Shown here: one piece after another, positions 10,801 through 19,224 of the stretch
Position numbering within the stretch: the first letter of the stretch is position 1
Layout of the letters: each line of letters begins with the position of its first letter
IMG/VR virus record: IMGVR_UViG_3300047472_000155
Span: 1 to 64,000 of that record
Source: a virus
DNA length: 64,000 bases
Reading direction: 5' to 3' (one strand)
Program-made: the position numbers and the translations under genes
The notes under the pieces: generated by a model
The model's input: the letters and a program-made list of their open reading frames with translations, nothing else
Databases searched by the model: none
What the model was told of the DNA's origin: nothing

Positions 10801-11890
10801 TATTGTGTTTAGATGCTTCTGTAAGTCTTTGACCAAAGATTCTTGTTGAATCAGACGCTTCATCAACCTTTATCTTAAAGGATGCGAATTTACCCTTTCC
10901 AATTTCAACTTGTGCATTGAGAGTCGCAATAGCTTTCCCAGCTTCTGTCAACTTTACACTATCAACATTAAAACTACTTGCTTTAGATGTTCCGGTTATA
11001 CCATTACTAGCCATATATGCATTCAACTGAGGAATTGCATTAGAAATAAGTTTTGAATTGCTTGTAGTTGCAAAATTAAGTCCACCAGAATTTCCTATAA
11101 TGTCTCTTCCTAAGTTTTGGGTTTTAATTTGTGCCTTTTGTTGACGAATAATTTCATCCGTTAATTGCTTATTTTTAGCAATTTCCTTCTCAATACCTTC
11201 AAGTGTCTTTGCGCGTAAGTTATTCCCACTAGCTTGAGCAGTTTCTATTTTATTCTGCAATGTACTATATGAATCTACTAACTTCTTAGATTCATTTGAA
11301 TCAAATACATTAGTTTTTCCAGAAGTTAAATTGTATTTCAACTTTCCAGCTTCATTGTAAAGCGCTTGCATTTTCTTTGCCGCTTGTGTACTTGAATTTA
11401 CTACTGTTTCATTAACTTGTTTAAATGTTTTTGTAGTTGTATCTCCAACTCTTTTGCTAACCCAATCAAAATTCTTTTGAATGGTTTTGCCCATTTCGTT
11501 CGTATATGTAACAGTAGCTCTTTTTATGTCTCCGTTCACATCTTTAGTAACTGAGTATTTTTTAGGAGTTGACTTCCCAATTTCATCATTTACTCTTCTC
11601 ATAGCAGCTTGGAATTCTTTCAAATCATCTCTTTGCTTGCTAATTGTCTGAGTACTTTGTTTAACAACTCTACCAGTTGCTTGCGCAGCTTGCGCTACAC
11701 CCTTATTGGCTTTTGCTACATTTTCATTTATACCTTTTATGATTACACCAGCATCAGTCAAAGCCTTTGTATCAACCTTAAGTTGAATCTTAGTAAGTTT
11801 TTCTTGAATTTTTGCTATTGCAGCATTAATATCTCTTGTAGACTGTGCCACATTTAAATCTGCTGTTAATAATATTTTTAAATCGGACAT
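4823..11890 (-). CDS. Tape measure protein with SLT lytic transglycosylase domain
   Basis: 2355 aa, helical; TP901-type TMP core; SLT motifs AWAESSYNP, AAGLMQLMP, LAAYNAGPG. Confidence 0.95.
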   Translation of the reverse strand: MSDLKILLTADLNVAQSTRDINAAIAKIQEKLTKIQLKVDTKALTDAGVIIKGINENVAKANKGVAQAAQATGRVVKQSTQTISKQRDDLKEFQAAMRRVNDEIGKSTPKKYSVTKDVNGDIKRATVTYTNEMGKTIQKNFDWVSKRVGDTTTKTFKQVNETVVNSSTQAAKKMQALYNEAGKLKYNLTSGKTNVFDSNESKKLVDSYSTLQNKIETAQASGNNLRAKTLEGIEKEIAKNKQLTDEIIRQQKAQIKTQNLGRDIIGNSGGLNFATTSNSKLISNAIPQLNAYMASNGITGTSKASSFNVDSVKLTEAGKAIATLNAQVEIGKGKFASFKIKVDEASDSTRIFGQRLTEASKHNMSFMDQLKTAMSRIPVWMIGMTAFYQSLHFFTNGVAYVNEFNKALTQLSIVFNESQSDVEKYAKQFYDLGMQMSVSTEEIANGAVEFARQGLKGAEMMDKMKTATIYAKISNLDFIQSAQILTATVNSMGVSAEHAADIYSYMGDATATGADEIGRAMQKVGGTAGAIGLEFEKVSSWIATISSRTRESAETIGSSVKSIMARVQSLKENGFDQEDGTQVNQVAKALAKVGIQLVDSQGEFRNFGTVMDELGAKWTTLSNRQQAYIATTVAGSYQQSRFLNIMEGYPDSVKLYEASLDSAGIAQEKFNRYQEGTEAHLTRMKNAWNEIFQSSFDSNGIRSLIDALTTLGTAVNAVVKTIGIFPVVIGVATTAALILSGAARRMYASFIPSVALFKKVSYETQFLALRLKEAALGMKTTAGAMNVLKVSAKGLGIALATIGPMLALMAVGLVIQKITEAVQKHNEKIKELKTVNYTLRDSYKEQKSGIEALNDEYNTLMATEDKSIEQKNRLLEIQNELVKNYGVTATGVDAEGNAYVNSQDAIQDRIDILSDLIKIQNDLNKSKVISTYTDKSEKIENKAKAYEENQKALLDLQKQEQDYLDGKTNTRVVNVPTSFGETKAVEIKTDIEEINKAKVAVETELEKSKTELDALTADRINAIKNEYTERLQEAGKTVTNEQRAFAESLTNVIGQMDFADFDSQVSFLEKSLDSLEKVGIHSTEELKSFFFDNGVEFNTKNFQVFESMIEDLNSAQVKNMTTVEKQDAVYNSYGKTLNLGTDAIRRIVEAVEGGTPLFAALNDELADSGTNLESFATALKALNDSYSDTSDTVSTLNGFLEDNANGKQISADAVMDLIAKDASLISLFKIENGVVKLNTQAIVKKRDTMIQAVKDEGTAQWQSVLNQNSALVAKLTAYGIEVNAINDVGAALDTINIKTAQMIYLARQMGEGDLVESLQEDGKNLKDFVQVLDDLKTQAELGAEALENVGKDADDTTESITALQRAINDVDAALDKVHAQQSKYAKSSKEYRASVAEEVKLLEKKKTLLLEAKADPSKLVAATTTTTSGGSTFASTNYTGGTGAKSTGDIKKIISEAAANNGVDTSILDAVAWAESSYNPNAKSGAGAAGLMQLMPGTAKGLGVSNVYDPQQSANGGAKYLSQLYDKYGSYDLALAAYNAGPGYVDWAMKTTGSKDWDVLKNAKADTAKLNRGVGDNIFKSETLNYVPKVIGYAQGGNATSSSASTKTGSTTTGTTTTVVNAPSSKDIDSAKKSVEDQLVEVDSALFTSARNVVDSYMAQYENQLANKDEAISQSQYRAARLDPNSANYTAKNAKETNEQIMQLKVKQKLMHEEAEYLRNSGIQSDDLTQKTLELSQSYRDVQDQIDALNGDLADNSLYKYEKGIESTNAELALSSARLSTYDEESKEYRAELIKQIKINETLQKQKEEEAVAIRKILKDNEKSHKLSIEKVEEYNQKLAALKLEWWDIEAAIKQSNDALKDFNDNIADNAIELLKDMYEKQKDAIIDAIDEQDDALEKAHEKEMDRIDEKLKADQKIIESKIKQLEFDKSEAEYQDSLNTKTQSRQELQDKINRLSLDDSKEGKAQLKDLIEQRDAADKEIAKLQDDHSTDAQKQDLEDQKTYLEEKAEADKEAWTMSVELWDATSQQMVTITGKSYDDMKDIIEDYKDSANKYFKDIADDETHWSNLKAEIEKGNIQGISSELGTLKGWFDANLPLVGQSIYDNVTTQLQKVVENLKLIRSESDIITEMQANSAKWASATAEEKKNLEAANEALGSSIGATKTSAGVWLDSSGNALYGGTTTSTSGSTTTSSSYASVVAQMKANAAEWHTATAARQKELVALNEKLGPSIGLSKKADGHWYDKSGLQVLHKGGVVGGGGNKLTKLMDQMMNTDANEQVILALQDELMSPSTNIQNKFMPNMGKLVSSISPSVVTNSGGSNININIGSVTGDEKGADLVTTRLVNGLKKLGWKG

Positions 11891-11946
11891 TTATTTCGCC
11901 CCTCTCATAGTATTAGAATAAAAAAAGAAGGGCATATAATATGCCC

Positions 11947-12369
11947 TTACACGTTGAGTTCTTCAACAATATCACACCATTTATCATACTCAAGTGCCTC
12001 ATTGCCTTTAAAAAATTTTGGTGTATTAAGTACAATTTCCTTAATACATTTAAGCATTTCTTTTTTCTCTTCATTCGCTTCCAAAACAAAATATTCATTC
12101 ATTAGCTCTGAAAGGTCTTTATTAAATGAATCTAAATCTTCAATTTCATAATGTTGACCAGTTGCATCTGTAATTATTTTAAGTTCTCCATCTTCATCTT
12201 TTTTGCAATATTGATTTATGATTTCCATTCTTTCTTGGTAAACCAAGTTCAATCTCTCTTTTGCATATCCTACAACGAATCTTGAACGCATTCTTGAAAG
12301 CTTGTTTGGAAGCTCTTCTGACATAACAAATTCAACAAATCTCTCAATATCTTGATTCTTAATTTTCAT
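11947..12369 (-). CDS. DUF1617-like phage protein
   Basis: 140 aa; MKIKN...LSRMRSRF and YCKKDEDGE resemble this family; own upstream promoter. Confidence 0.5.
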   Translation of the reverse strand: MKIKNQDIERFVEFVMSEELPNKLSRMRSRFVVGYAKERLNLVYQERMEIINQYCKKDEDGELKIITDATGQHYEIEDLDSFNKDLSELMNEYFVLEANEEKKEMLKCIKEIVLNTPKFFKGNEALEYDKWCDIVEELNV

Positions 12370-12425
12370 TATACCTTCCCCTTGTTATCAAAAATTGATT
12401 GTTAACATATTTTATTAACAATTAT

Positions 12426-12454
12426 ATTATACCATTTTATCTGTCATTTGTCAA
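12426..12454 (-). promoter_or_regulatory. Conserved phage SigA-type promoter
   Basis: TTGACAAATGACAGATAAAATGGTATAAT, identical to the copy at 28182-28210. Confidence 0.85.
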
Positions 12455-12455
12455 G

Positions 12456-13433
12456 TTAGATTTCATACTTCTCTTTTTCTTCTGCTATCTTCTTGACATT
12501 GTCTTTGATATAGTGTTTAAGAGTTACGTCAATACCATTATGATTAAGCAGTTTAGATATTGTTTCTATCTCCATGCCAGCTTCCTTAAGTAAAGTTGCA
12601 CCAGTATGACGCAAATCATGCATATGTAAATCCATGTCGATTAGCTTACCAATTTTCTTAATCCAATTTTGCTGTAACGTTCTCTTATCTACCTTTTGCC
12701 ATGTCTTACCATAAAGTGCCAAGAATAAATATTCACTTTCGATATTATTTTTTTTACGATATTCAAGCCACTCTTTTATGAGAATTATAGTTCTACGAGA
12801 CATGAGTAAATCAACAATCTTTCCTTCTTTTTCAAGTACGTCATTAACTTCTCTATCTTTAAAATTAAGTTGAGAAACCTTGACATTACTTATTGCATTT
12901 ACTCTAGCCATTGTACTCAATCCAAATTCAAAAAGTAATTCCAATTGCATGTTGTAAAGATTTTTTTCAAGTTTTCCAAACAACTTTCTTAATCGTTCCA
13001 CATCTTCTAACGTTAAGAATGTTTGTTTAATTTGCACTTTTTCATCTTTACCAAGACTTGGACGCTCAAGGAAATCTATTGGATTCTGTTCAATCTTTCT
13101 TTTCTTTTTGAGTGCTAGATAGAAAGATGATATACTTGACATACGTCTTTGAATTCTTCTATCGTTGTTTCCAAGTTCCATTGAACAAAATAGCATATAC
13201 TCTTCAAGCATATCCGCCATATCTCCAGCATCAGTGCTCACAATATCAGCATTGTCGTAATACTCCATTATGTAAACTAACCATTGATTGAAATCGCTTT
13301 CATAACTCTTCTTTGTTGAATCTGAGAGTTTTCTATGTTTTGATATGAAAAATTTTCTTATATGCTCAACATTGGATGGATTTACTAAAGCAAGCTTTTC
13401 TTTTGTTGCATAAAATTTATAATTTCTTGCCAT
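12456..13433 (-). CDS. Tyrosine recombinase within the tail module
   Basis: Catalytic residues R (MARV), HxxR (HDLRH), H (LLNH) and Y (LKHY). Confidence 0.9.
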   Translation of the reverse strand: MARNYKFYATKEKLALVNPSNVEHIRKFFISKHRKLSDSTKKSYESDFNQWLVYIMEYYDNADIVSTDAGDMADMLEEYMLFCSMELGNNDRRIQRRMSSISSFYLALKKKRKIEQNPIDFLERPSLGKDEKVQIKQTFLTLEDVERLRKLFGKLEKNLYNMQLELLFEFGLSTMARVNAISNVKVSQLNFKDREVNDVLEKEGKIVDLLMSRRTIILIKEWLEYRKKNNIESEYLFLALYGKTWQKVDKRTLQQNWIKKIGKLIDMDLHMHDLRHTGATLLKEAGMEIETISKLLNHNGIDVTLKHYIKDNVKKIAEEKEKYEI

Positions 13434-13446
13434 TTAATTTCACCTT

Positions 13447-13947
13447 CTAACCTCTTCTGATTGTAAGACCATTTCTAATTAATTCAGTTCTCAATTTTTC
13501 ACTAAAGTTCACTTTAAATTTAGTTGCAAATATGGAGAAATATCTACGTGGTCTTGTGAATGCTCCTTCACCGAATATCTTGCCACTAGTTCCATCTTCA
13601 ACTACCGTTGGAACAAAGTACGCATACTCTTGAGGAGAATAATTTTCCACGCTACTGTGATGAGTTCCCATACGATAATTTGATGTTGGTGCCATTTGTC
13701 TCATTTTTCCAGTATTATGATAAATTCTTAAACTTGTAAGTGACCCTTTTTGTAAAACCTCTTTTGATGCACTTTTTTTCAAGTCTCCAGTTCGTTTGTA
13801 ATATTTGGGAATGTAAACATTATAAACGTTATTTTGCACGCTTTCCTTTAAATTATTTACTCCATCATTACCAACAGACTTCACAGAAGAAAGTATCTTT
13901 TTATTCAACACTTTCTCCAGGTCAGCCATAGACTTTATTGTAGTCAT
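13447..13947 (-). CDS. Putative tail-completion protein (HK97 gp10-like)
   Basis: Basic 166 aa; YKRTGDLKKS, YAYFV...VEDGT, TRPRRYF motifs; position in tail module. Confidence 0.5.
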   Translation of the reverse strand: MTTIKSMADLEKVLNKKILSSVKSVGNDGVNNLKESVQNNVYNVYIPKYYKRTGDLKKSASKEVLQKGSLTSLRIYHNTGKMRQMAPTSNYRMGTHHSSVENYSPQEYAYFVPTVVEDGTSGKIFGEGAFTRPRRYFSIFATKFKVNFSEKLRTELIRNGLTIRRG

Positions 13948-13952
13948 TTATA

Positions 13953-14528
13953 TCACTCCTGAGAATCTTCTACTCCCATTTCAATCCATTCTTCATCTGA
14001 AAGATCAAGAATTTTTTCAATGTCTCCATTGTCAAATGCTTTTTGAATTTCTTCAACTCTTGCAGCGATTTCCTTATACTTCTCATCAACCCCAGCAATT
14101 GTTTCATTTATTGTGTTAAATATCAAATCTGCTTGATCTTCTGGAAGAGATTCGAGAATTGGTTGCAACAAGTCCATGTTGATCATATTGTTCATAACTA
14201 TAATCTGACTAGGAAGATCAGGAGGAATTTCTGGACCAAATGAAGTGAAGTATTTAATCATCAATAAAATTGAATATGGAATGAATACTTCTTGTAGATC
14301 AATTTCATGTACACTTGCATATTGAACTTGAGACATTAGTTCTGAAACAAGTTTCATAACTTTGGTCTTTTTAAATGTTTCATCTACTTTGAGTGTGAAA
14401 AATTCGTCAAGAGTTGAACTATAAACCTTTACTTCCGATTGAGCATCTAGACTTTTTACTTTTTTATTGACATTTGTCATACTTAACTTTGTGCTGCTTG
14501 ATGTTGTCTTTGCCATTTTATCTTTCAT
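13953..14528 (-). CDS. Hypothetical protein, possible tail assembly chaperone
   Basis: Acidic helical 191 aa between tail tube and tape measure genes. Confidence 0.45.
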   Translation of the reverse strand: MKDKMAKTTSSSTKLSMTNVNKKVKSLDAQSEVKVYSSTLDEFFTLKVDETFKKTKVMKLVSELMSQVQYASVHEIDLQEVFIPYSILLMIKYFTSFGPEIPPDLPSQIIVMNNMINMDLLQPILESLPEDQADLIFNTINETIAGVDEKYKEIAARVEEIQKAFDNGDIEKILDLSDEEWIEMGVEDSQE

Positions 14529-14537
14529 CTCCTTCTT

Positions 14538-14888
14538 TTATTCTAAAACAAAACCTGTAATAACATCGTATCCTTCTTTTTTCAACTTCTTATAGTCAAC
14601 GCCTTCATCAAAAACAATTGGTTTACTTATTCCTCTTACCATCTGACTTTTTTCTCCATAGATGTCTTCATACATAAATTCATCTCTAAAATAATTTACC
14701 AATCCACCATTAGCTATTACAACACCGTACCCAAACTCTTTAGCAAAACGTATTAATGCTGTAGTTTTTCCAATACCACGTAAACCATATACATAAAGAT
14801 TTTCATTTTTTATTGCACCTTCAAGCAATTTTTGATAAACAACTTCCGATGTAGCTCTTATAAATTCCTCTGTTCTAACACTTACCAT
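14538..14888 (-). CDS. Small P-loop-containing protein
   Basis: 116 aa; Walker A-like GLRGIGKTT and Walker B-like IVFDE; own promoter at 14994-15022. Confidence 0.55.
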   Translation of the reverse strand: MVSVRTEEFIRATSEVVYQKLLEGAIKNENLYVYGLRGIGKTTALIRFAKEFGYGVVIANGGLVNYFRDEFMYEDIYGEKSQMVRGISKPIVFDEGVDYKKLKKEGYDVITGFVLE

Positions 14889-15031
14889 GTTTTTATTAGC
14901 ATCTCCTTATATTCTGGAATAGATAAAACTAACCTTTTATCTATGTATTTAAATCAAAAAAATAGGGACACAGAACTTTCGCCCTATATCCCTATTATAC
15001 ATCATATTCTTCTGTTTGTCAAGTCCTGAAC

Positions 15032-15772
15032 TTAGTACTTAATCATGCGATACATTTCAGTATCAGCAGTTCTACGATAGATTTCGAGGTTCATGTCAAA
15101 CACTGTAGGGTCCCCATCCGCTTGGAATGTGAATGTGAATGCTGGTTGAATTTTTGCTTTGTCAATGATGATTTGGAATGCTTCATCAAGACCAGTATCA
15201 GCATTACGAACTACAGTATCTCCAACTACTTTTACGTATGCAGGGAACTTATCAGCAGAAATTGTGATTGTTTGAGCATTAGCATCTGTAGCATACTGGT
15301 AGTATACAGCTACTTGTGCACCAAGCGCAACATCAGTCAGATCAAAGATCAAGTCTCCAGTAGTCAACGTTGCATCTACTTCATCGGAATCGTTAGAAAC
15401 CAAGAACGCAGTAAATGAACCAGCTAAAGGCGTTTTCTTTGGAGTAACCTTAGTTTTTCCAGTAGCTCCAGCAACAGCAGTTAACACTTCACGGCTATGT
15501 ACATTTGCAATACCAGTAATAACTTCATTACCTGTCATTAAAGCAATTGACTTGGTTGACATAAGAGCATCTTGCATTTGCACTGTACCTTCACGGTTGT
15601 AGTCCCAAGATAAAAGTTTTGGATTACCTTTACCACCACGAGCATAAGATGTTTCAGCGGTATTTTCGATTGTAGTCATTTTCAGAGTATCCAAGAACAA
15701 TACTGGCTTATTGGTAGTAAGATCATAAAACGTAATATCTGCTACCTCTTTAACTCCGTATTTATTTGCCAT
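15032..15772 (-). CDS. Major tail (tube) protein
   Basis: 246 aa; YGVKEVAD, ARGGKGNPKL, FTFTFQADGDPTVFDMNLE; strong RBS; position after head-tail genes. Confidence 0.7.
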   Translation of the reverse strand: MANKYGVKEVADITFYDLTTNKPVLFLDTLKMTTIENTAETSYARGGKGNPKLLSWDYNREGTVQMQDALMSTKSIALMTGNEVITGIANVHSREVLTAVAGATGKTKVTPKKTPLAGSFTAFLVSNDSDEVDATLTTGDLIFDLTDVALGAQVAVYYQYATDANAQTITISADKFPAYVKVVGDTVVRNADTGLDEAFQIIIDKAKIQPAFTFTFQADGDPTVFDMNLEIYRRTADTEMYRMIKY

Positions 15773-15828
15773 TTTAATATTTCCTCCTTAAGATATTTTA
15801 ATATGTAATAGGCTTCCACCTAAATTAC

Positions 15829-16608
15829 TTAATCAACTTTTGCTGCCCAATGTCTAAGATCATCAATCTTAGCACCTTGAATCATTGCAGCAATATTTAT
15901 TTCATAACTTGATATGGCTTCCAATCTTTTATATTCATCATATAACTGATATACAGTGGAATCCCATATGTTACTTCTATTGAAATTATTACTTTTAGTG
16001 CTAACCGCACTTATAACGTCTGCAAAATCTGTGTCAGATGATTTTGATGATGAATTTTTCGCTAATGATTTCGCTTTTTCTACCATCTCTTTACCTTTTT
16101 TCAGCTTCTCAAGTATTAACTTAGCCTTATCACTAGCAGGAGCTTCATTCACATACTTTTCACTTGCTTCAACTAGACAATTTTGATACTTGATTATCTT
16201 AATAAAGTCTGAAAAATTACTTGAATCTACAACATTGCATGTCTTAGCATCTCTATCTAAGTTCTTGCCTCCAAATACAAATCCTAATGTGTCATTTATC
16301 AATAAGTCATTTACATCCTCATTTAGAAATGCTCCCATTGCTTCTGAAAAAGAAGATATAAGCATATCGTTTCTAGACTTAATAACACGATCAATTATTG
16401 ACATTCCTTCAAGATCTGGATTGTAGTTCGTTAGTGATTTTACATCTAATGTAACAACACTTAAAAACCTATTGTAATTCATGAAACCTATTTCCTTTAT
16501 TTTTCTAATTGTTAGCGGTTTAACAACTAATTTGTCACAAGTCATCTCATCACCACAAAGTAGATTCATTTTAAGATCAACATTTCCTTCAACATTTCTA
16601 ATGTCCAT
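15829..16608 (-). CDS. Virion morphogenesis protein
   Basis: 259 aa in the structural operon; IWDSTVYQLYD motif. Confidence 0.5.
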   Translation of the reverse strand: MDIRNVEGNVDLKMNLLCGDEMTCDKLVVKPLTIRKIKEIGFMNYNRFLSVVTLDVKSLTNYNPDLEGMSIIDRVIKSRNDMLISSFSEAMGAFLNEDVNDLLINDTLGFVFGGKNLDRDAKTCNVVDSSNFSDFIKIIKYQNCLVEASEKYVNEAPASDKAKLILEKLKKGKEMVEKAKSLAKNSSSKSSDTDFADVISAVSTKSNNFNRSNIWDSTVYQLYDEYKRLEAISSYEINIAAMIQGAKIDDLRHWAAKVD

Positions 16609-17099
16609 TACTTTGCACCAAACAACATCATGGTAGATTCAAGTCTCATACAATCAAACTTTTGATTTATATGTAAATGAGCAAAATTTGTAAATTTAAT
16701 TCTACCAAGTGTACCCACACTAACCTTATTAAAATGATCGAATATGTGATTCATAATCATATACGGTCTAATTGCTGACTTGTCGTCACTAACAAGCCAA
16801 AGACTTTTGGCACACACGATATCAAAATATAAGAATGTTTCCATGATTGATTTCGTATCATCAAAAGCACCTTCTGGATAATAGATTCTCAACTCAACAG
16901 CATCATTCTCTTGTGAAACTGGATCAAACGGAAATGGATGAATCTTTGACATAACAAGATTGGTTGCTGGCAATGTTAAATCAGGTTGAGACATCGGATT
17001 AACTACGCTGTAATTAAGATATTTGCATATCTTTTGATTCGATATAATCTCATTTATCAATAATGTCAAATTGTCTGACATAAGTTCCATATTTACCAT
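16608..17099 (-). CDS. Putative tail terminator / head-tail joining protein
   Basis: 163 aa, coupled to neighbours; positional call. Confidence 0.5.
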   Translation of the reverse strand: MVNMELMSDNLTLLINEIISNQKICKYLNYSVVNPMSQPDLTLPATNLVMSKIHPFPFDPVSQENDAVELRIYYPEGAFDDTKSIMETFLYFDIVCAKSLWLVSDDKSAIRPYMIMNHIFDHFNKVSVGTLGRIKFTNFAHLHINQKFDCMRLESTMMLFGAK

Positions 17100-17836
17100 A
17101 ACTTTTTATTGCCCCCATCCTCATCCGATTCATTATTTGCTAATCCATTATCACTACGATATATAGCTTCATTATCTGCAATTCTAGAAACAAAATCATC
17201 TTCATCATTTATAGTTGTAATTTTACAGGAAAACTGTATTATTCCTACTCTATTTACATCTAACATTGTCAAGTCATCTGTTCCAGATATCTCATAAACT
17301 CTATCGCCAAAAATGAATCTTTGAGATGTTCTTATTTCTTTTGTAGACTCATTATATGGAAGATAGGCATATACACCAGCTTGAAGCATTTCTACTTGCA
17401 TTTTGTCACTAGCAATGTCAAATTTCGTATTTCGTGTTGCAGTTGCAAGTGTAGGATATTGTATGATATTTCCATTTTTATCTTTCCACTTCATAATTTC
17501 ATTACAAGCTTGAAGCGTTGCTTTCGGTGAAATAGCTTCTCCATTAAAATCAAAAACAAGCCACAATGCAGAGGCATATTCAACATAGTCTCCTACATTT
17601 ACTTTAGCCCTTGGACGTAACAACATGTTTTTCAACAATCCTGTTTTTCCATCCAATATTCTTGCGTCAGTATCTACACCATTTACTTTGACTACATTGA
17701 AAGTTGGTGAATTTGAAAATTCTCTGTTCACCAACTCAAATGTAGAATTCATGATTGCATCTGATTCTTTTGAACCTTGTCTTGACATTCTATTTCTGAA
17801 TCCGTCACTAAAACTCAAATCATTCACCACTTTCAC
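17093..17836 (-). CDS. Putative head-closure protein
   Basis: 247 aa beta-rich, in head-tail block; positional call. Confidence 0.5.
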   Translation of the reverse strand: MKVVNDLSFSDGFRNRMSRQGSKESDAIMNSTFELVNREFSNSPTFNVVKVNGVDTDARILDGKTGLLKNMLLRPRAKVNVGDYVEYASALWLVFDFNGEAISPKATLQACNEIMKWKDKNGNIIQYPTLATATRNTKFDIASDKMQVEMLQAGVYAYLPYNESTKEIRTSQRFIFGDRVYEISGTDDLTMLDVNRVGIIQFSCKITTINDEDDFVSRIADNEAIYRSDNGLANNESDEDGGNKKLW

Positions 17837-18152
17837 TAGTGGATTTTAATTGCTTTATAACATCAATACATCTAAAGACTTCTCTTCTTATAATTACTTG
17901 ACTTTCTTCGTCATACATTAACACTTCATCTGAAATGGATTCTAATGTAGCAAGCAATAACAAAAAGTTACCTTCCTTTTGTAATGATTCAATAGTCCAA
18001 TACAAACCATTCAATTCAAAAATAAGTGATTGAATGTAAGAAAATAATCCTTCATTTTTTTCCTCAAAAAGAGGAAGAATTTTAAAGAATCGAGGAACAA
18101 GTAACTCAGTGTAATTTGCGAATATTACACTTTTTGCTTCTATGTTCTTCAT
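17820..18152 (-). CDS. Hypothetical structural-module protein
   Basis: 110 aa, overlaps both neighbours. Confidence 0.55.
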   Translation of the reverse strand: MKNIEAKSVIFANYTELLVPRFFKILPLFEEKNEGLFSYIQSLIFELNGLYWTIESLQKEGNFLLLLATLESISDEVLMYDEESQVIIRREVFRCIDVIKQLKSTSESGE

Positions 18153-18577
18153 GTCAATTTATCCAAATCTGCACCACGATAAGAATATTTCACAATCAAC
18201 TTATCCACTTCCGAACGCATACCATTATAAATTTTCATTATTTCTTTGATATGATTGGCTTGTGAATATGTTTTATAATCACTATCTGACATTGACAATC
18301 TGTAGTTTTCGCTTGTAACTACTCTTGGTTTCAAATAGGAGACAACCATAAGTCTTGCAAGGATGTCTTTTTCTTTGTCTGTCAAATCTTCTTGGAATTG
18401 CTTAATAGTTTCATCTCTATCCGAAAGATCACTTTTACATATATCAAAGTCAGCAATTGCAGTCTTAAGATATATGCGCAAATCATCTTCAAGTTCTTCA
18501 TCTGTAAGATTTAGAAATGAATAATCGCTTATTTTTGAAAGGAAAAATTCATATATTTCTACATAAGGAGTTGCCAT
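18149..18577 (-). CDS. Putative head-tail adaptor
   Basis: 142 aa helical; MATPYVEIYEFFLSKISDY, YSQANH. Confidence 0.55.
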   Translation of the reverse strand: MATPYVEIYEFFLSKISDYSFLNLTDEELEDDLRIYLKTAIADFDICKSDLSDRDETIKQFQEDLTDKEKDILARLMVVSYLKPRVVTSENYRLSMSDSDYKTYSQANHIKEIMKIYNGMRSEVDKLIVKYSYRGADLDKLT

Positions 18578-18590
18578 TTATAACTCCTCC

Positions 18591-19151
18591 TTATTCTTGC
18601 ACCAATGAAAGATCAATATTTAACTGAGTATTCAAAATTTTAATTACACGTGTATCATGTAATGTTTCATTGACAATCATTTCTCTTGCTTTATCTGCTA
18701 ACAAGTCTTTAATTCCTCTTGGAGCTTTTTGAAGCTCACTAGTAAGTTCTGCTAAGTCTGTGTTAAGCAAGAATCCTTCTAAGTCTTCAAGTGGAATAAT
18801 GTTATCATAAATAGAGCGAAGTCCAAGGTAATCAACAATTTCATCGTCTTCAACGATAATCCAAGGTCTTGTCAAAAATGATTTTTGAGAAGACTTCATT
18901 GTCATAAGTTCTTCAACAGTAAGGTACTGAATTGAACCATATTCATCCCACTCAACAGTCATAAGTGTTCTACGTGATGTATAAATAAGTTCTCCACTTA
19001 CTACACTACGACAAGACACTTCTTCATCCTTGTCAATTTTTCTTCTTTTTGGAGCTTCTACATTCGTACTAACTACCACCTTCACTTCTTCCGGTAGTGT
19101 TTCTGCACCATCTGTCGTTGTTTTAGCTGGAACATTTTTATTATAAGCCAT
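18591..19151 (-). CDS. Hypothetical head-associated protein
   Basis: 186 aa after the capsid gene; strong RBS AGGAGG. Confidence 0.55.
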   Translation of the reverse strand: MAYNKNVPAKTTTDGAETLPEEVKVVVSTNVEAPKRRKIDKDEEVSCRSVVSGELIYTSRRTLMTVEWDEYGSIQYLTVEELMTMKSSQKSFLTRPWIIVEDDEIVDYLGLRSIYDNIIPLEDLEGFLLNTDLAELTSELQKAPRGIKDLLADKAREMIVNETLHDTRVIKILNTQLNIDLSLVQE

Positions 19152-19189
19152 TTTAATATTTCCTCCTTGTATTCTGTAATTTTAATGAA

Positions 19190-19215
19190 CGGTGTAGAGG
19201 GGTTGCCTCTACACC
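19190..19215 (-). terminator. Hairpin after major capsid gene
   Basis: GGTGTAGAGG-loop-CCTCTACACC; weak U tract. Confidence 0.55.
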
Positions 19216-19224
19216 ATATGTAGA

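Noticed and set aside
12456-13433. Integration module with attP
   Set aside because: No att-like core or arm repeats seen nearby; a tail-module tyrosine recombinase is a known feature of SPbeta-like phages.
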